NCBI RefSeq assembly: GCF_006345805.1
Contig: NC_043017.1
Coordinates: forward strand, 33,480,001-33,544,000
DNA: 64,000 nt
DNA from: Octopus sinensis
Taxonomy: Eukaryota
Direction: 5' to 3'
The notes under the pieces are model-generated. The model was given only the letters and a program-made list of their open reading frames with translations. It had not been told where the DNA came from and did no database searches. Positions 12,552 to 25,202 of the stretch are shown here, piece by piece. Position 1 is the first letter of the stretch. Each line of letters starts with the position of its first letter. The position numbers and the translations under genes were made by a program.

Positions 12552-12593
12552 CTTTAATAGGTTTTCGACTCTCGTTAGGGTCTTATCAGAGAT
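12552..12593 (-). ncRNA. Degenerate hammerhead-like motif
   Basis: Minus strand reads CTGATAA-GAC cctaacgaga GTC-GAAA. G8 is mutated and stems I and III are poorly supported. Confidence 0.25.
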
Positions 12594-12711
12594 ACAGGTA
12601 GCCAATCCGTACATAAACTCATTAAACCTAATAGTTTCATAGAACCGAAACTACTAATTTGCATGCTATAATTGTTTAATAGTTTTATTTAATATGGGAG
12701 GCTTGTAAGGC

Positions 12712-12932
12712 TCTTCTGACAGAATCGTTAGCACGCCGTGTAAAATGCTTAGCAGCGTTTCGTCTGTCTCTACGTTCTGAGTTCAAATGACGTTAGGGTC
12801 GACTTTGTCTTTCATCCCCCACCACACACACCCGGTATCGATAAAATAAGTACCAGTTGAGCAGTGGGGTCGATGTAATCGACTTAACCACAACCCTGAA
12901 ATTGCTGGTCTTGTACCAAAATTTGAAACCAA
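12712..12932 (+). mobile_element. SINE-B variant (alternative tail)
   Basis: CAGAATCGTTAGCACGCCG head, core, tail GCTGGTCTTGTACCAAAATTTGAAACCA. Confidence 0.8.
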
Positions 12933-13018
12933 TATCACAGGCCTATATTCGACAAAACACAATGTCCACGTAAAATTTATTGATCACACCTAGAAGTGCA
13001 CACACACAAACACACACA

Positions 13019-13100
<82 letters not shown>

Positions 13101-13816
13101 GGTGTGTTTGTGGGGCTAATACTTTTATCAGATTCAGTGTTATTTTTTACAATAAGAATTGAAAAAGTATTATCAAAACGTTCCTTTTCCTATCATATTT
13201 ACATGGTACAGTGTTTACATCCAGAGAAAGTATTTGAATAGTTTCATAACACTCATCCTTACTCGAAGACCTACACCTGATTCCTCAATATCTGATTGTA
13301 GCTGTAAGGGAAATTTGACTGATATATTCTTGTAAACAGAAGAACCAACTCAATTGTTGATCTTCCAGAAAAATATTATAGGTGTCAGATGTTTCTCAAA
13401 TAAATTATCTTCTTGACTCATATTATCTTCATAATTAGTTTTTGTTTCCGTTTAAAGAGGCAGGTGTTTATAAAATTGTATGCGTTTATATGTAATCAAA
13501 AGATGGAACAGGCAAAGTCGATGGCTTTTGAAACAAACTTTGCAATCACGAGGTGTCGAGTTCACTTCAACTACTTGGTATCTTGAGCAAGTTACCTTTT
13601 GTCACAACCTCGGGGCGATCCATATTCGTGTCAGGAAAATTAGATACTTGGAAATTATGCGTAACTGTAATTCAAAGTTAGCATTGGTACATCATACTGC
13701 TTCTGGCCCGAGAATTATATTTCAAGTCGCATATTCAATACTGAACACAGTAAAATTCTGTGGCTAGATCTCGAATTTGGTTGAAAAACTGGAATACATA
13801 TAAAAAAAAAAGATCA

Positions 13817-14167
13817 TGCAGGAGTGGCTGTGTGGTAAGTAGCTTTCTTACCAACCACAAGGTTCCGGGTTCAGTCCCACTGCGTGGCATCTTGGGCAAG
13901 TGTCTTCTACTATAGCCTCGGGCTGACCAAAGCCTTAAGAGTGGATTTGGTAGATGGAAACTGAAGGAAGCCTGTCATATATATGTGTGTATGCAGGAGT
14001 GGCTGTGTGGTAAGTAGCTTTCTTACCAACCACATGGTTCCGGGTTCAGTCCCACTGCGTGGCACCTTGGGCAAGTGTCAAGTGTCTTCTTCTATAGCCT
14101 CGGGCCGACCAAAGCCTTGTGAGTGGATTTGGTAGATGGAAACTGAAAGAACCCAGTCGTATATATG

Positions 14168-14224
<57 letters not shown>

Positions 14225-14451
14225 TATATATATATATATATATATATATGCATGTGTGTGTTTGTCCGCCTAGCAATGCTTGACAACCGATGCTGGTGTG
14301 TTTATGTCCCCGTTACTTAGCAGTTCGGCAAAAGAGACAGATAGAATAAGTACTGGGCTTACAAAAGAATAAGTCCCGGGGTCGAGTTGCTCGATTAAAG
14401 GCGGTGCTCCAGCATGGCCGCAGTCAAATGACTGAAACAAGTAAAAGAGAG
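13817..14451 (+). mobile_element. SINE-A with tandemly duplicated 5' half
   Basis: Head-to-microsatellite segment 13817-13990 is followed by a complete copy at 13993-14451. Confidence 0.9.
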
Positions 14452-14820
14452 TATGCATGACAAAAATAACATTTCCAGATCTTCCGAAGATTCTGAGATT
14501 GGTGCGGTTGATATCCGACTCAGACTCCTGTAGGGAGATAGCTGTAGCTAAAATTTTGAGTATGGAGAGAATCCCAAATGTCTATAGATATTTCTATGAC
14601 AATTTCTATGACAATTTCACTACTTCCATAAAACATGCCTTCCACTAAGTTACACAATATATGTGGCCTGTTAGACTTTTCTTTTCTTCCTATAACGCAA
14701 TATTTATGTTAGTGGATGATAAAAACATCTTGCAATGCAATTATTAATATCCATTGTTTAAACGCACATTGCATGATCAAAATATATATATATCTGTCTC
14801 CAATAACAGAAAGACTGATT

Positions 14821-15422
14821 AAAGGCGGTGAGCTGGCAGAATCGTTAGCACACCGGGTTAAATGCTTAGCAGTATTTCGTCTGCCGCTACGTTCTGAGTT
14901 CAAATTCCACCGAGGTCGACTTTGCCTTTCATCCTTTTAGGGTCAATTAAATAAGTACCAGTTACGCACTGGGGTCGATATAATCGACTTAATCCGTTTG
15001 TCTGCCGTTGTTTGTCCTCTCTGTGTTTAGCCCCTTGTGGGTAGTAAAGAAATAGGTATTTCGTCTGCGGTTAGGTTCTGAGTTCAAATTCCGCCGAGGT
15101 CGACTTTGCCTTTCATCCTTTCGGGGTCGATAAATTAAGTACCAGTTACGCACTGGGGTCGATGTAATCGACTTAATCCCTTTGTCTGCCCTTGTTTGTC
15201 CTCTCTGTGTTTAGCCCATTGTGGGTAATAAAGAAATAGGCATTTCGTCTGCCGTTACGTTCTGAATTCAAATTGCGCCAAGGTTGACTTTGCCTTTCAT
15301 CCTTTCGGGGTCGATAAATTAAGTACCAGTTACGTACTGGGGTCGATATAATCGACTTAATCTCTTTGTCTGTCCTTGCTTGTCCCCTCTATGTTTAGCT
15401 CCTTGTGGGCAATAAAGAAATA
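14821..15422 (+). mobile_element. SINE-B trimer: one head plus three ~184-bp monomers, inside one TSD
   Basis: Monomers start at about 14871, 15055 and 15239. Flanks AATAACAGAAAGACTGATT (14802-14820) and AATAACAGTAACACTGATT (15423-15441). Confidence 0.9.
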
Positions 15423-15682
15423 AATAACAGTAACACTGATTTTTCTAGCTGGATAGTGGGGTCATGTGAGGCGAGATGGAATTGATATTCTAGTACCAAA
15501 AACTAAGGGCACTACAGTTGCTTGTATAGTATAGGGGCACCAAAATATCGTTGCTGTTGTTGTTTGTTCCTGAAATCAGTTCTGTCCAACCAAACCCCAA
15601 GTCAAATATATTCAAACCTAAGGTTATTATCCAGAGATATTGCATTTATGATTCAACTTAGGAAAACAATACACAATATGCA

Positions 15683-16050
15683 GGCACTGGCATGACTGTG
15701 TGGTAAAAAAAAACCTTTGCTTTCCAACCACACGGTCCCAGGTACAGTCTTACCACATGGCACCTTGGGCAGGTACCTTCTGCTATAACCTCAGGCCGAC
15801 CAAAAGCACGTGAGTGAATTTGGTAGTTGGAAACTGAAAGAAGGTTGTTGTATATGTGTGTATGTGTGTATGTGCTCCCTCCACTCCATTGTGTGTCCAC
15901 GTCCCCATAACTTAACAGTTCGGCAAAAGAGTCCGATAGAATAAGTATCAGGCTTTAGAAAATTATTGGGGTCAATTCATTCGACTAAAAGCAGTCCTTC
16001 ATGGTGGTGCCCCATCATGGCTGCAGACTAATAACTGAAGCAAGTAAATG
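15683..16050 (+). mobile_element. SINE-A, older diverged copy
   Basis: GGCATGACTGTGTGGTAA..GGCACCTTGGGCAGG..GTTCGGCAAAAGAGTCCGATAGAATAAGTA. Confidence 0.75.
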
Positions 16051-16173
16051 GTAAGCAAGCTTCTTATCACAAAGCCAAGCCTGCGCCTACATATGTTCTT
16101 TATGTAATGTCTGGGAATTTATTTTTGTCTCTACCTCAGATTTCTTTTATTCTAAATTGCTTTAAGTATTACC

Positions 16174-16408
16174 TATTTCTTTACTACCCACAAGGGGCTA
16201 AACACAGAGAGGACAAACAAGGATAGACAAACGGATTAAATCGATTATATAGACCCCCAGTGCGTAATCGGTACTTATTTAATCGACCCCGAAAGGATGA
16301 AAGGCAAAGTCGACCTCGGCGGAATTTGAACTCACAACGTAAAGACAGACGAAATACCACTAAGCAATTCGCCCGGCGTGCTAACGTTTTTGCCAGCTCG
16401 CCGCCTTT
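16174..16408 (-). mobile_element. SINE-B monomer with 13-bp TSD
   Basis: Reverse-complement consensus; flanks TTTAAGTATTACC and TTTAAATATTACC. Confidence 0.9.
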
Positions 16409-16925
16409 GATTTAAATATTACCCTAGAGAAGATTATTGTGAGAATGTAGAACTCTTAAGAGATGAGAGTTAAATCGTGAAGATTTTAATGTAAAATTAT
16501 ATTTTTAATTATCTAGCCCAGAGGTAACAGAGCGCTCATGACGCGTTTCAGAGCTTCCGGTTTTGAGACGAAAAGAAGGGGAAAAAACTATCGCCAACCT
16601 AAAGACTTGATTCGAAGCGGTTGCGTTAAAATGGGTGACGGTTAAAACCTACCACGCAAATTGGCCACGACAGAAATTGACGATAAAACGCAAAGCAGTG
16701 AAAAACAACAGCGCACGGCATCTTGTCTGACTTTCTAAGGTTACCGGGACCAACGGAAGAAAGATAAATTAACCTCAGTGCGAATTGAGCTCAGAAAGCG
16801 AGGAAGTAGAATAAGGAAAGCCATTCCGTTCAATGCTTCTACAACTACTCCAGTTTTACCCCCCCCCAAAAGATTATAAGCTGCGTATCTAATAATTGTT
16901 TGGTGAATATGTTACTAATTATACT

Positions 16926-17306
16926 GGAGGCGCAATGGCCCAGTGGTTAGGGTAGCGGACTCGCGGTCATAGGATCGCGGTTGCGATTCCCAGACCGGGC
17001 GTTGTGAGTGTTTATTGAGCGAAAACACCTAAAGCTCCACGAGGCTCCGGCAGGGGATGGTGGTGATCCCTGCTGTACTCTTTCATCACAACTTTCTCTC
17101 ACTCTTACTTCCTGTTTCTGTTGTACCTGTATTTCAAAGGGCCGGCCTTGTCACTCTCTGTGTCACGCTGAATCTCCCCGAGAACTACGTTAAGGGTACA
17201 CGTGTCTGTGGAGTGCTCAGCCACTTACACGTTAATTTCACGAGCAGGCTGTTCCGTTGATCGGATCAACCGGAACCCTCATCGTCGTAACCGACGGAGT
17301 GCTTCC
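16926..17306 (+). mobile_element. SINE-C, tRNA-derived (Arg-like head), single copy with TSD
   Basis: GGCGCAATGGCCCAGTGGTTAGG box A and GGTTGCGATTCC box-B-like motif; TSD ACTAATTATA at 16914-16923 and 17307-17316. Confidence 0.8.
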
Positions 17307-19344
17307 ACTAATTATATTGCAAGTCACATGACCTTTCATATTCTCATATTAAACACAATAAATCGTTTCTGCTGCTTTAATGCAACTATTCCACGCACAC
17401 CAACCCCAAGATAATTTCTTCTGCCACTTCATTTTTCTTTCTCGTTTCAGCGTCATAATTACGCTCATAATGACTAATAGCATATGCACGACTTGTTGTA
17501 GCGTATTTTTTCACAGCTAAATCTGCTTTATAATAAAAACTACTTACTACTGAATTTACAGTAGTGTGTATAATTCAGATATAAACAATGGCCAAGTAAT
17601 GTGTTTTTAGCAAGACATACCGCAATGATGCCAAGAACAAAGTTTATATGCATGACCCCCTCTTGTCACGATTCCAACATCTTAAATATTCAGTTCCTAT
17701 TTTTGTGTTTGTGCATAATTTTCATGAATAGATATGGAAACTGATAGTTTATGAGTTAGTTTTAATAAATACACACTCACACACACATACAACATGCACA
17801 AAAACCTCCAACTACTTTCATGGGTTGAGTTTCTTTCTGTAATTTGCCAAATTGTTAAATTTCCTTTAATGATCGTATTATTCTGCCAAATATTCCTCCC
17901 TCGTAATACTATTTCCACACTTCTTACCTATAACTGTTCTATCATCTACTTCTCCACCTCAGACCAATTAAGTTTCTAATTCTCTTGGGCGGGATAATGA
18001 TTTGATAGCATCCTATTATTGTAGTCGCTAACTACTTACCAACAATAAACATATACAATATTCCTTATGTACTTTCCTAATTATCTTTATTAGCCGAAAT
18101 TTAGTCTGATATTTATGCTTAATATGTAATTCTTAAATTGTTTTTTCACCATAGTCAATTTTTTGAGACAAGTAATAATTAGGGTGGAGAAATGTATGCC
18201 ACTTAACAATGTCCTGTTAATTGCAAAAATTTTAAAATTAATAAAATAATATAATAAAATAAATACAATATAACTTTGGTTCTAAATATTTTCTTTTCAT
18301 ATCTGCTTAAACGACTGTACATGTGACTTCATTTTACTAGTTTCAGCCTTTAAAACATTCTAAACTTTCTGAAAAGAACTTTAGTTGGAAAGTTAGAAAA
18401 TTTATGCCACAAAACCTTTCATAATGTATAAGATTGTGAATTGAGAAGCAACTAAAAAAAAAACAACTAATTAAATAAATAAATAAAAAATCTAGAACCA
18501 AAATGAGAAGAATGTGAGAATTCAAAAGCTATCAGGTGAAGCAGAAAACGAAAAGAACCTGGTGAATTGGCAGGAAGAGAGAGAAAAGTCAGTCGATCAT
18601 GGACAGACTCACTTTCATTTTAACTTTCAACTAAAAAAAGAATTCTTTCATGTTTTCAGCTTTCGTTACAGCAGAATTACTTAAAAATTATGCTTATTTA
18701 ATGCAATTAATTCTTCCAGTAGAATATCAATGAGCTATGTACTGTTGGCTAATTATTCAAGAAATAGTTGTTAGAAAATATTACTAAAAAAAAAAAAAAA
18801 ACTAAAAAAATATATCGTTAAAATAAACCTCTTTGGAAGCCAATGAACTGCATAAAAATGTTCCCCTTTTGTTTGCGAAAAATGTGAAATAATATAACAT
18901 ATATTTGCTTCAGAAAAGTGAGCAACCACTTATACAGATGCACATGGACTTACATGAAGCACACACAAGCAAACATGTGTGTGTGTGTGTGTTTGTGTGT
19001 ACGTGTATATGAACGCACACGTACACAATATATCTAAAGGAGAAGTACTTCACGGGAACGTTCTGCTTGCAGTAGAGTCTCACATAGTATATTAAGTAGT
19101 AAAACGTCAATTAACGGTGATTATCCATGCAATTAGTACTCAAAAACTCTCTGTATATGTTATTAAAATCTAAAAACTAAAATCATTTTATATTCTAGAT
19201 GATAGGATTTAAAATTCCAAACACACCTAAAGGGAGCAATTTTCTACTTATCGCTCGAGTAATCTCGGCGAATTGAAGTTTTACAGTTCACTCTGGTACA
19301 TACGTAACACGCACGGTCCTATCACATACATAGATATAAGTACA

Positions 19345-19384
<40 letters not shown>

Positions 19385-19609
19385 GTGTATGTGTGTGTGT
19401 GTGTTTGTGTTCATGTATATATATGGATAAACTTTAAGAAACGAGGATATCTAGCCCCAGGCGTTAAATATTTCTAAAAGGTAGTAAGCGTTAAAGTTGT
19501 CAGTTGTAAATAGTTGTAGCTAAAACCCATGGTTGAACACCATACTTACATGCATAGATAGAAACTTACCTCCCACCAACGCACACACAGATTGCTTAAA
19601 ACATTGACT

Positions 19610-21190
19610 TCCTACGGAGTCGAAGCGGCGCCGTCCTGACATTCTGAAACACCAGACTTTTTAATTCGTTCTGGTTGTGTGTCATAGCTGGCCCCCACCA
19701 TCGATGACTATTCGTTGATTCCTTTATGTTGCTCACCCATCTTTTTTCTCCCATTCACCTATCCTCCCCCCTCTACAGTTCTTTAAACAGTAGTCTATAC
19801 AATACCAGTGAATATTACACCCGGGAATATCATCTCAGATTTTCCTCATCGTTGTGAAAAAGACTTTTCAGGAGCCAAAGTGAAACCGGATAATTTCCCA
19901 AATTTATCCATTTGTGATGCCAAAGTAAGATATGTTAATGATGTTGCGATAGCATCTCATTTGAAATTCCTGCATCGTCTTTAGAGACCCTTCTGTGAGA
20001 GTCCGGGTGTCGCATGTTTTCAGGAAAATGGAAAGTTCCAACATTTGCAGTAGAGTTTGCCGTAACTGGTGCTTTTTCAAGTTCCCCATATCGGCTTTAC
20101 TTTGTCGAGTGCAGTTATTATCCGTGTGGTTCTTGAAAGGATTCCTGGTCCCCATATTACCAATAATAATTCCCAGCCAATTATTTCAATCGCTGCACTA
20201 TTTCTAGTTTTTGTATTTATACAGCGATGACTGTTGTAATGACACAATTAACGTTGTAATTAACTATTGTAGTTGAGCTGCTTTGGCTCTGATTCCTATA
20301 CAAACCACCGTGAACAATTTATAAAGTCACCTGACGAATTTAATCAGTTTATCTTTCCTTCTTACCAGTTCCTCAATCCGATGTTTACTGTGTCCTCTTG
20401 GAGACAGGATTCAAGAATAATGCTCATAATCTACTCCAAGAAGATACTGAAAGCCACGACTGGCTTTCGACTATTCCTCGGCAGTGTCACGCATGATTAC
20501 TTCTCTCTTTCTCTTTACTCTTTTACTTGTTTCAGTCATTTGACTGCGGCCATGCTGGAGCACCACCTTTTAGTCGAGCAAATCGACCCCGGGACTTATT
20601 CTTTGTAAGCCCAGTACTTATTCTATCGGTCTCTTTTGCCGAACCGCTAAGTGACGGCGTCGTAAACACACCAGCATCGGTTGTCAAACAATGCTAGGGG
20701 GACAAACACAGACACACAAACACACACACACACACACATATATACATATATACGACGGGCTTCTTTCAGTTTCCGTCTACCAAATCCACTGACAAGGCTT
20801 TGGTCGGCCCGAGGCTATAGTAGACGACACTTGCCCAAGATGCCACGCAGAGGGACTGAACCCGGAACCATGTGGTTGGTAAGCAAGCTACTTACCACAC
20901 TGCGTTTCATTGTGGTCCATACAGCATTAAGCTTTCCTAAACCAATGAAGACATCGCGGAGTTCTTTTTAGTGCTGGAGATATTTCTCACAAAAGATACG
21001 GGGATTGATAGTCTGCTCGTCAGACCTCCTACTCTTACGAAAGCCAGCATGTTTTTCGGTTATGGCTTTTTCTAGCTGATGTCCCAGTCTTTCAGCAAGA
21101 CACTGAGCCTTACTTGGCTTACATGGCTGTTTCCTTTGATAGAACAATAACTCTGGCAAAGTTGTAGATTATCTTTCTTATGAAGCATTA
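19610..21190 (-). mobile_element. RTE (BovB-like) LINE RT remnant, interrupted by SINE-A
   Basis: HAGFRKSRRSDEQTINPRIFCEKYLQH (20968-21159), FSIFLE*IMS..EDTVNIG, SIFLKTCDTRTLT..FQMRCYRNIINISY and TVEGG..KKRW..NIKE follow RTE RT motifs in order. Confidence 0.85.
20508..20900 (-). mobile_element. SINE-A, slightly 5'-truncated, inserted in the RTE
   Basis: Reverse-complement consensus. Confidence 0.9.
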
Positions 21191-21275
21191 GGATTTGTAA
21201 CTGAATCCATTTATCGGCTTCTCACCTATTCGCCCTCGACGAGCTTATAGTTCTTCAATCTAAGAAGAAGAGGCG

Positions 21276-21348
21276 AGTGCGTTGGTGTAAATGGTAGCAC
21301 ACTTGTCGTGAAAACAAAGAGGTGTGAGTTCGAGTCTTACGCGTAGAG
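21276..21348 (+). pseudogene. tRNA-like cloverleaf (pseudo-tRNA or SINE head)
   Basis: D stem GTGT/GCAC, T stem GTGAG/CTTAC with TTCGAGT loop, anticodon stem 4 of 5 bp, acceptor stem 5 of 7 bp. Lacks U33; TGA anticodon with a short variable loop. Confidence 0.45.
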
Positions 21349-21518
21349 AAAACCCACTTATTTATGTTGAGGGCTTATATGCCCCAATATTAGACCATTT
21401 TCCTTAGTCAATATACAGTGATGGCTTATAAGCTTTAAATTTATAGAAGATATTATTATTTACAGAATGTTAAAACTCGGCACCGCTTATCAAATCATTG
21501 CATAAATATACATATATG

Positions 21519-21555
<37 letters not shown>

Positions 21556-21607
21556 CACGCACGCACACACACACAAACACACACATACACACATATATGT
21601 ACAAACA

Positions 21608-22022
21608 AGGCGGCGAGCTGGCAGGAACGTTAGCACGCCGGGCGAAATGCGTTGCCGTATTTCGTCTGCCGTTACGTTCCGAGTTCAAATTCCGCCGAGG
21701 TCGACTTTGCCTTTCATCCTTCCGGGGTCGATAAATTAAGTACCAGTTACGCCCTGGGGTCGATGTAATCGACTTAATCCGTTTGTCTGTCCTTGTTTGT
21801 CTCCTCTGTGTTTAGCCCCTTGTGGGTAGTAAAGAAATAGGTATTTCATCTGCTGCTATGTTCTGAGTTCAAATTCTACCGAGGTCGACTTTGCCTTTCA
21901 TCCTTCCGGCGTCGATAAATTAAGTACCAGTTACGCACTGGGGTCGATGTAATCGACTTAATCCGTTTGTCTGTCCTTGTTTGTCTCCTCTGTGTTTAGT
22001 CCCTTGTGGGTAGTAAATAAAT
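21608..22022 (+). mobile_element. SINE-B dimer (head plus two monomers) inside a perfect 15-bp TSD
   Basis: Second monomer starts at 21840 after AAAGAAATA. ATATATGTACAAACA at 21593-21607 and 22023-22037. Confidence 0.9.
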
Positions 22023-22431
22023 ATATATGTACAAACAGCCATATATAATCAGTACAGACAGATAAATAGTTAGATATAATTAACGTTGTCCAATCAATGG
22101 CGATTGTTCACGTGATACTTCTTTAGCCTGTCTGGATTTTCCATGATCAACAAAGGCGCCAATTTCATAGTGTCCAGACTTTTGAACCGGTATGACGATC
22201 ACCACTCTCATCAGCTTTAAAGTCCCTTGGGTCAAGCTTCTAATTATACTCTCTCTATAGCTGTTCTAACGGCTGCACCCGAATATGTGTTTAATAGGTC
22301 AAAACTATGCCAAGTATCAAAGTTCGAACAGACATCTTTTTTTATTTTGCATGTTTTCTTATGCTATTTCGACCTTAGTATTTCCATTGATTGTAATCTC
22401 TGAACATCTGTGCATATTAATGCAACACAGA

Positions 22432-22853
22432 TAGGCGCAGGAGTGGCTGTGTGGTAAGTAGCTTGCTAACCAACCACATGGTTCCGGGTTCAGTCCCGCT
22501 GCGTGGCATCTTGGGCAAGTGTCTTCTGCTATAGCCCCGGGCCGACCAATGCCTTGTGAGTGGATTTGGTAGACGGAAACTGAAAGAAGCCTGTCGTATA
22601 TATGTATATATATATATGTATGTGTGTGTGTGTGTTTGTGTGTCTGTGTTTGTCCCCCTAGCATTGCTTGACAACCGATGCTGGTGTGTTTACGTCCCCG
22701 TCACTTAGCGGTTCGGCAAAAGAGACCGATAGAATAAGTACTGGGCTTACAAAGAATAAGTCCCGGGGTCGATTTGCTCGACTAAAGGCGGTGCTCCAGC
22801 ATGGCCGCAGTCAAATGACTGTAACAAATAAAAGAGTAAAGAGTAAAGAGAGT
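22432..22853 (+). mobile_element. SINE-A, full length
   Basis: Consensus head, internal (TA)(TG) tract and tail. Confidence 0.92.
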
Positions 22854-24781
22854 AAGATTATGTTCAACTGCTTACGCAGTGTTGTGAAATTACGAGACAT
22901 AATTTTCTGCTGACTTGGTTTCATATGGAAACATCGTGCAGCCTAAACAATATCCAATTACCCGTCAAACGATCCATGTTTCAATTCCTTTCATATTATA
23001 AAATGTCTCCAGCACTTGAAATAAGAGGTTCCGTAGCAGGTCGAGTGAGTGGGTTTCAGTGGGTAGTTCTTGATTGTTAGTGCGAAACGTCTATTCAGAT
23101 CCGAACACGTGGTTATTAGAATTAATGTTGTGATATTGGTTCCGTAAAGTATTTAATTAATGCGTCGTTTCCTTTAATATATTTATAAAATATTTTATAC
23201 AAATAGATTTCCTCCATGTTATGATCGCCATATTAGAAAAAATGGCGATCTCTTGAGAATGGAGTAAATCTTGCTGATTAAATTATGTTATAATAGAATT
23301 TTTCTTTGATATTACCTCCTTCCTTTTAATAATGGAGAGCGATTTATTAATTTCACGTTTTGAATCCCTACAGCACGAAATGCCTTTATAAAGGGAAGTG
23401 AACATATTAAATACGGAAACAGGTTAGAGAAAATAAAACAATTTTTCACTCTTTCAACTATGAAGTTACAAACGTACTCTATTCTGTTTCCTATGGCTGG
23501 CCATTGTTTTAATTTTTCAAAGTTATAATGTAGGATGATTTAAAATATTTTAAAACAAAATAAATATATGATCTTGTAGAGAAGTTCTGTATTTACCTTC
23601 ATTTCAGCTTTTTTAGAATATTTTATGTCAAATAGGTAAAGCAATTTGCCATACCGATTATTCATCGATAAGAATGGCATGATATCGAAGAAGAGACATC
23701 TAAACTGAGAGAATGTAGGTTTAATAATAAAGGTAATCCAATTTCTTATGGGGTTTATTTCCCCAAACTGGGATTGGGGAAATAAATTTTATAAGATTAC
23801 TTAGGAAAAGTAATCTAACACAGTAATAATTGATAAGTTGATTCCATTATGACAGAGGTGGGTTTGCAAGCTATACATATGGTAGAAGGAAATGAGATAA
23901 AAGATACATGAAATTTTCAATGGCACAGGTATGATTGTGTGGGTTCAAACTTGTTCGGCATCAAGTGATTTTGGGTTTGATCCCACTCAACGGCTTTTTG
24001 GAGAAGTACGGTCTAATATAGTTTTAGAACACCAAAGCGCTGTGCGTGAAATTTCGTAGATTTAAAGCGTGTGGTAGCATCGTATATGTAAATGTACATA
24101 CATAATGCATACATGGACACATGCGTGCATACATACAAAAACAAGAACATGCATATATACATACAAACATACATACAGAGCGACAGACAGACAGAATGCA
24201 AGTCCTTAATTCATATGCTACAAATGATCGCCATATCTGACACGGTAAAAATATGCAAGCCCTTAGGATTTAAAGAATGACGATTGAAAAAAGATACTTT
24301 CCTTCACAACCCTGCGACCAAGTAAGTGGCCGATCAAAATTTACTCTAAAATTAAAAAGAGAAAAAAGACCAATCCATCACCGGAACTTTAAATGAGAGA
24401 CAGAAGTTTATCGTTTAAATATATATGAGCATGTCTAGATATGCAACTATATGCATGAGAAAACATACATAAAACAAAGCATACAAATCTGCACATATAC
24501 ATACAAACAAAAATAATTTGTTGCCGATGTTGAAATTCCAATGAAGGAGCTTTGGATCTAGGATAGAAACCAGCTCTTTCTCTGTTGGCAAGAAATCTTG
24601 AAATAAAACAGGACAATGATACACACACACACACATACATACATACACACATACATACATACATGCATACATACATACATACATACATACATACATACAT
24701 ACACATATATGTAATATATTTGGGAGGCTGTAGACTGACTCGTTGAAGTCAGCACAAATCATCCCGTGTGTACGTTGGCAC

Positions 24782-24815
24782 AAGTGGCAGCAGCAGCAGC
24801 AGTAGTAGTAGCAGT

Positions 24816-24871
<56 letters not shown>

Positions 24872-25166
24872 TAGCAGCAGCAGTAGTAGTAGTAGTAGTA
24901 GTAGCAGCAGTAGTAGTAGTAGTAGTAGCAGCAGTAGTAGTAGTGGTAGTAGTAGCAGCAGTAGTAGTAACAGCGGCAGCAGTAGTAGTAGTAGTAGTAG
25001 TAGTAGCAGCAGCAGCAGTAGTAGTAGTAGTAGCAGCAGTAGTAGTAGTAGTAGTAGTAGCAGCAGTAGTAGTAGTGGTAGTAGTAGCAGCAGTAGTAGT
25101 AGTAGTAGTAGTAGCAGCAGTAGTAGTAGTAGTAGCAGCAGCAGCAGTAGTGGTAGCAGCAGCAGC

Positions 25167-25202
<36 letters not shown>

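Noticed and set aside
13480-13767. 95-aa ORF
   Set aside because: Overlaps a decayed SINE-head-like stretch (GCAATCACGAGG..CTTGAGCAAG); no protein motif.
16500-16800. CpG-rich patch with CTTCCGG (ETS-like) and TGACGC motifs, promoter-like
   Set aside because: Short motifs only; no adjacent exon or TSS evidence.
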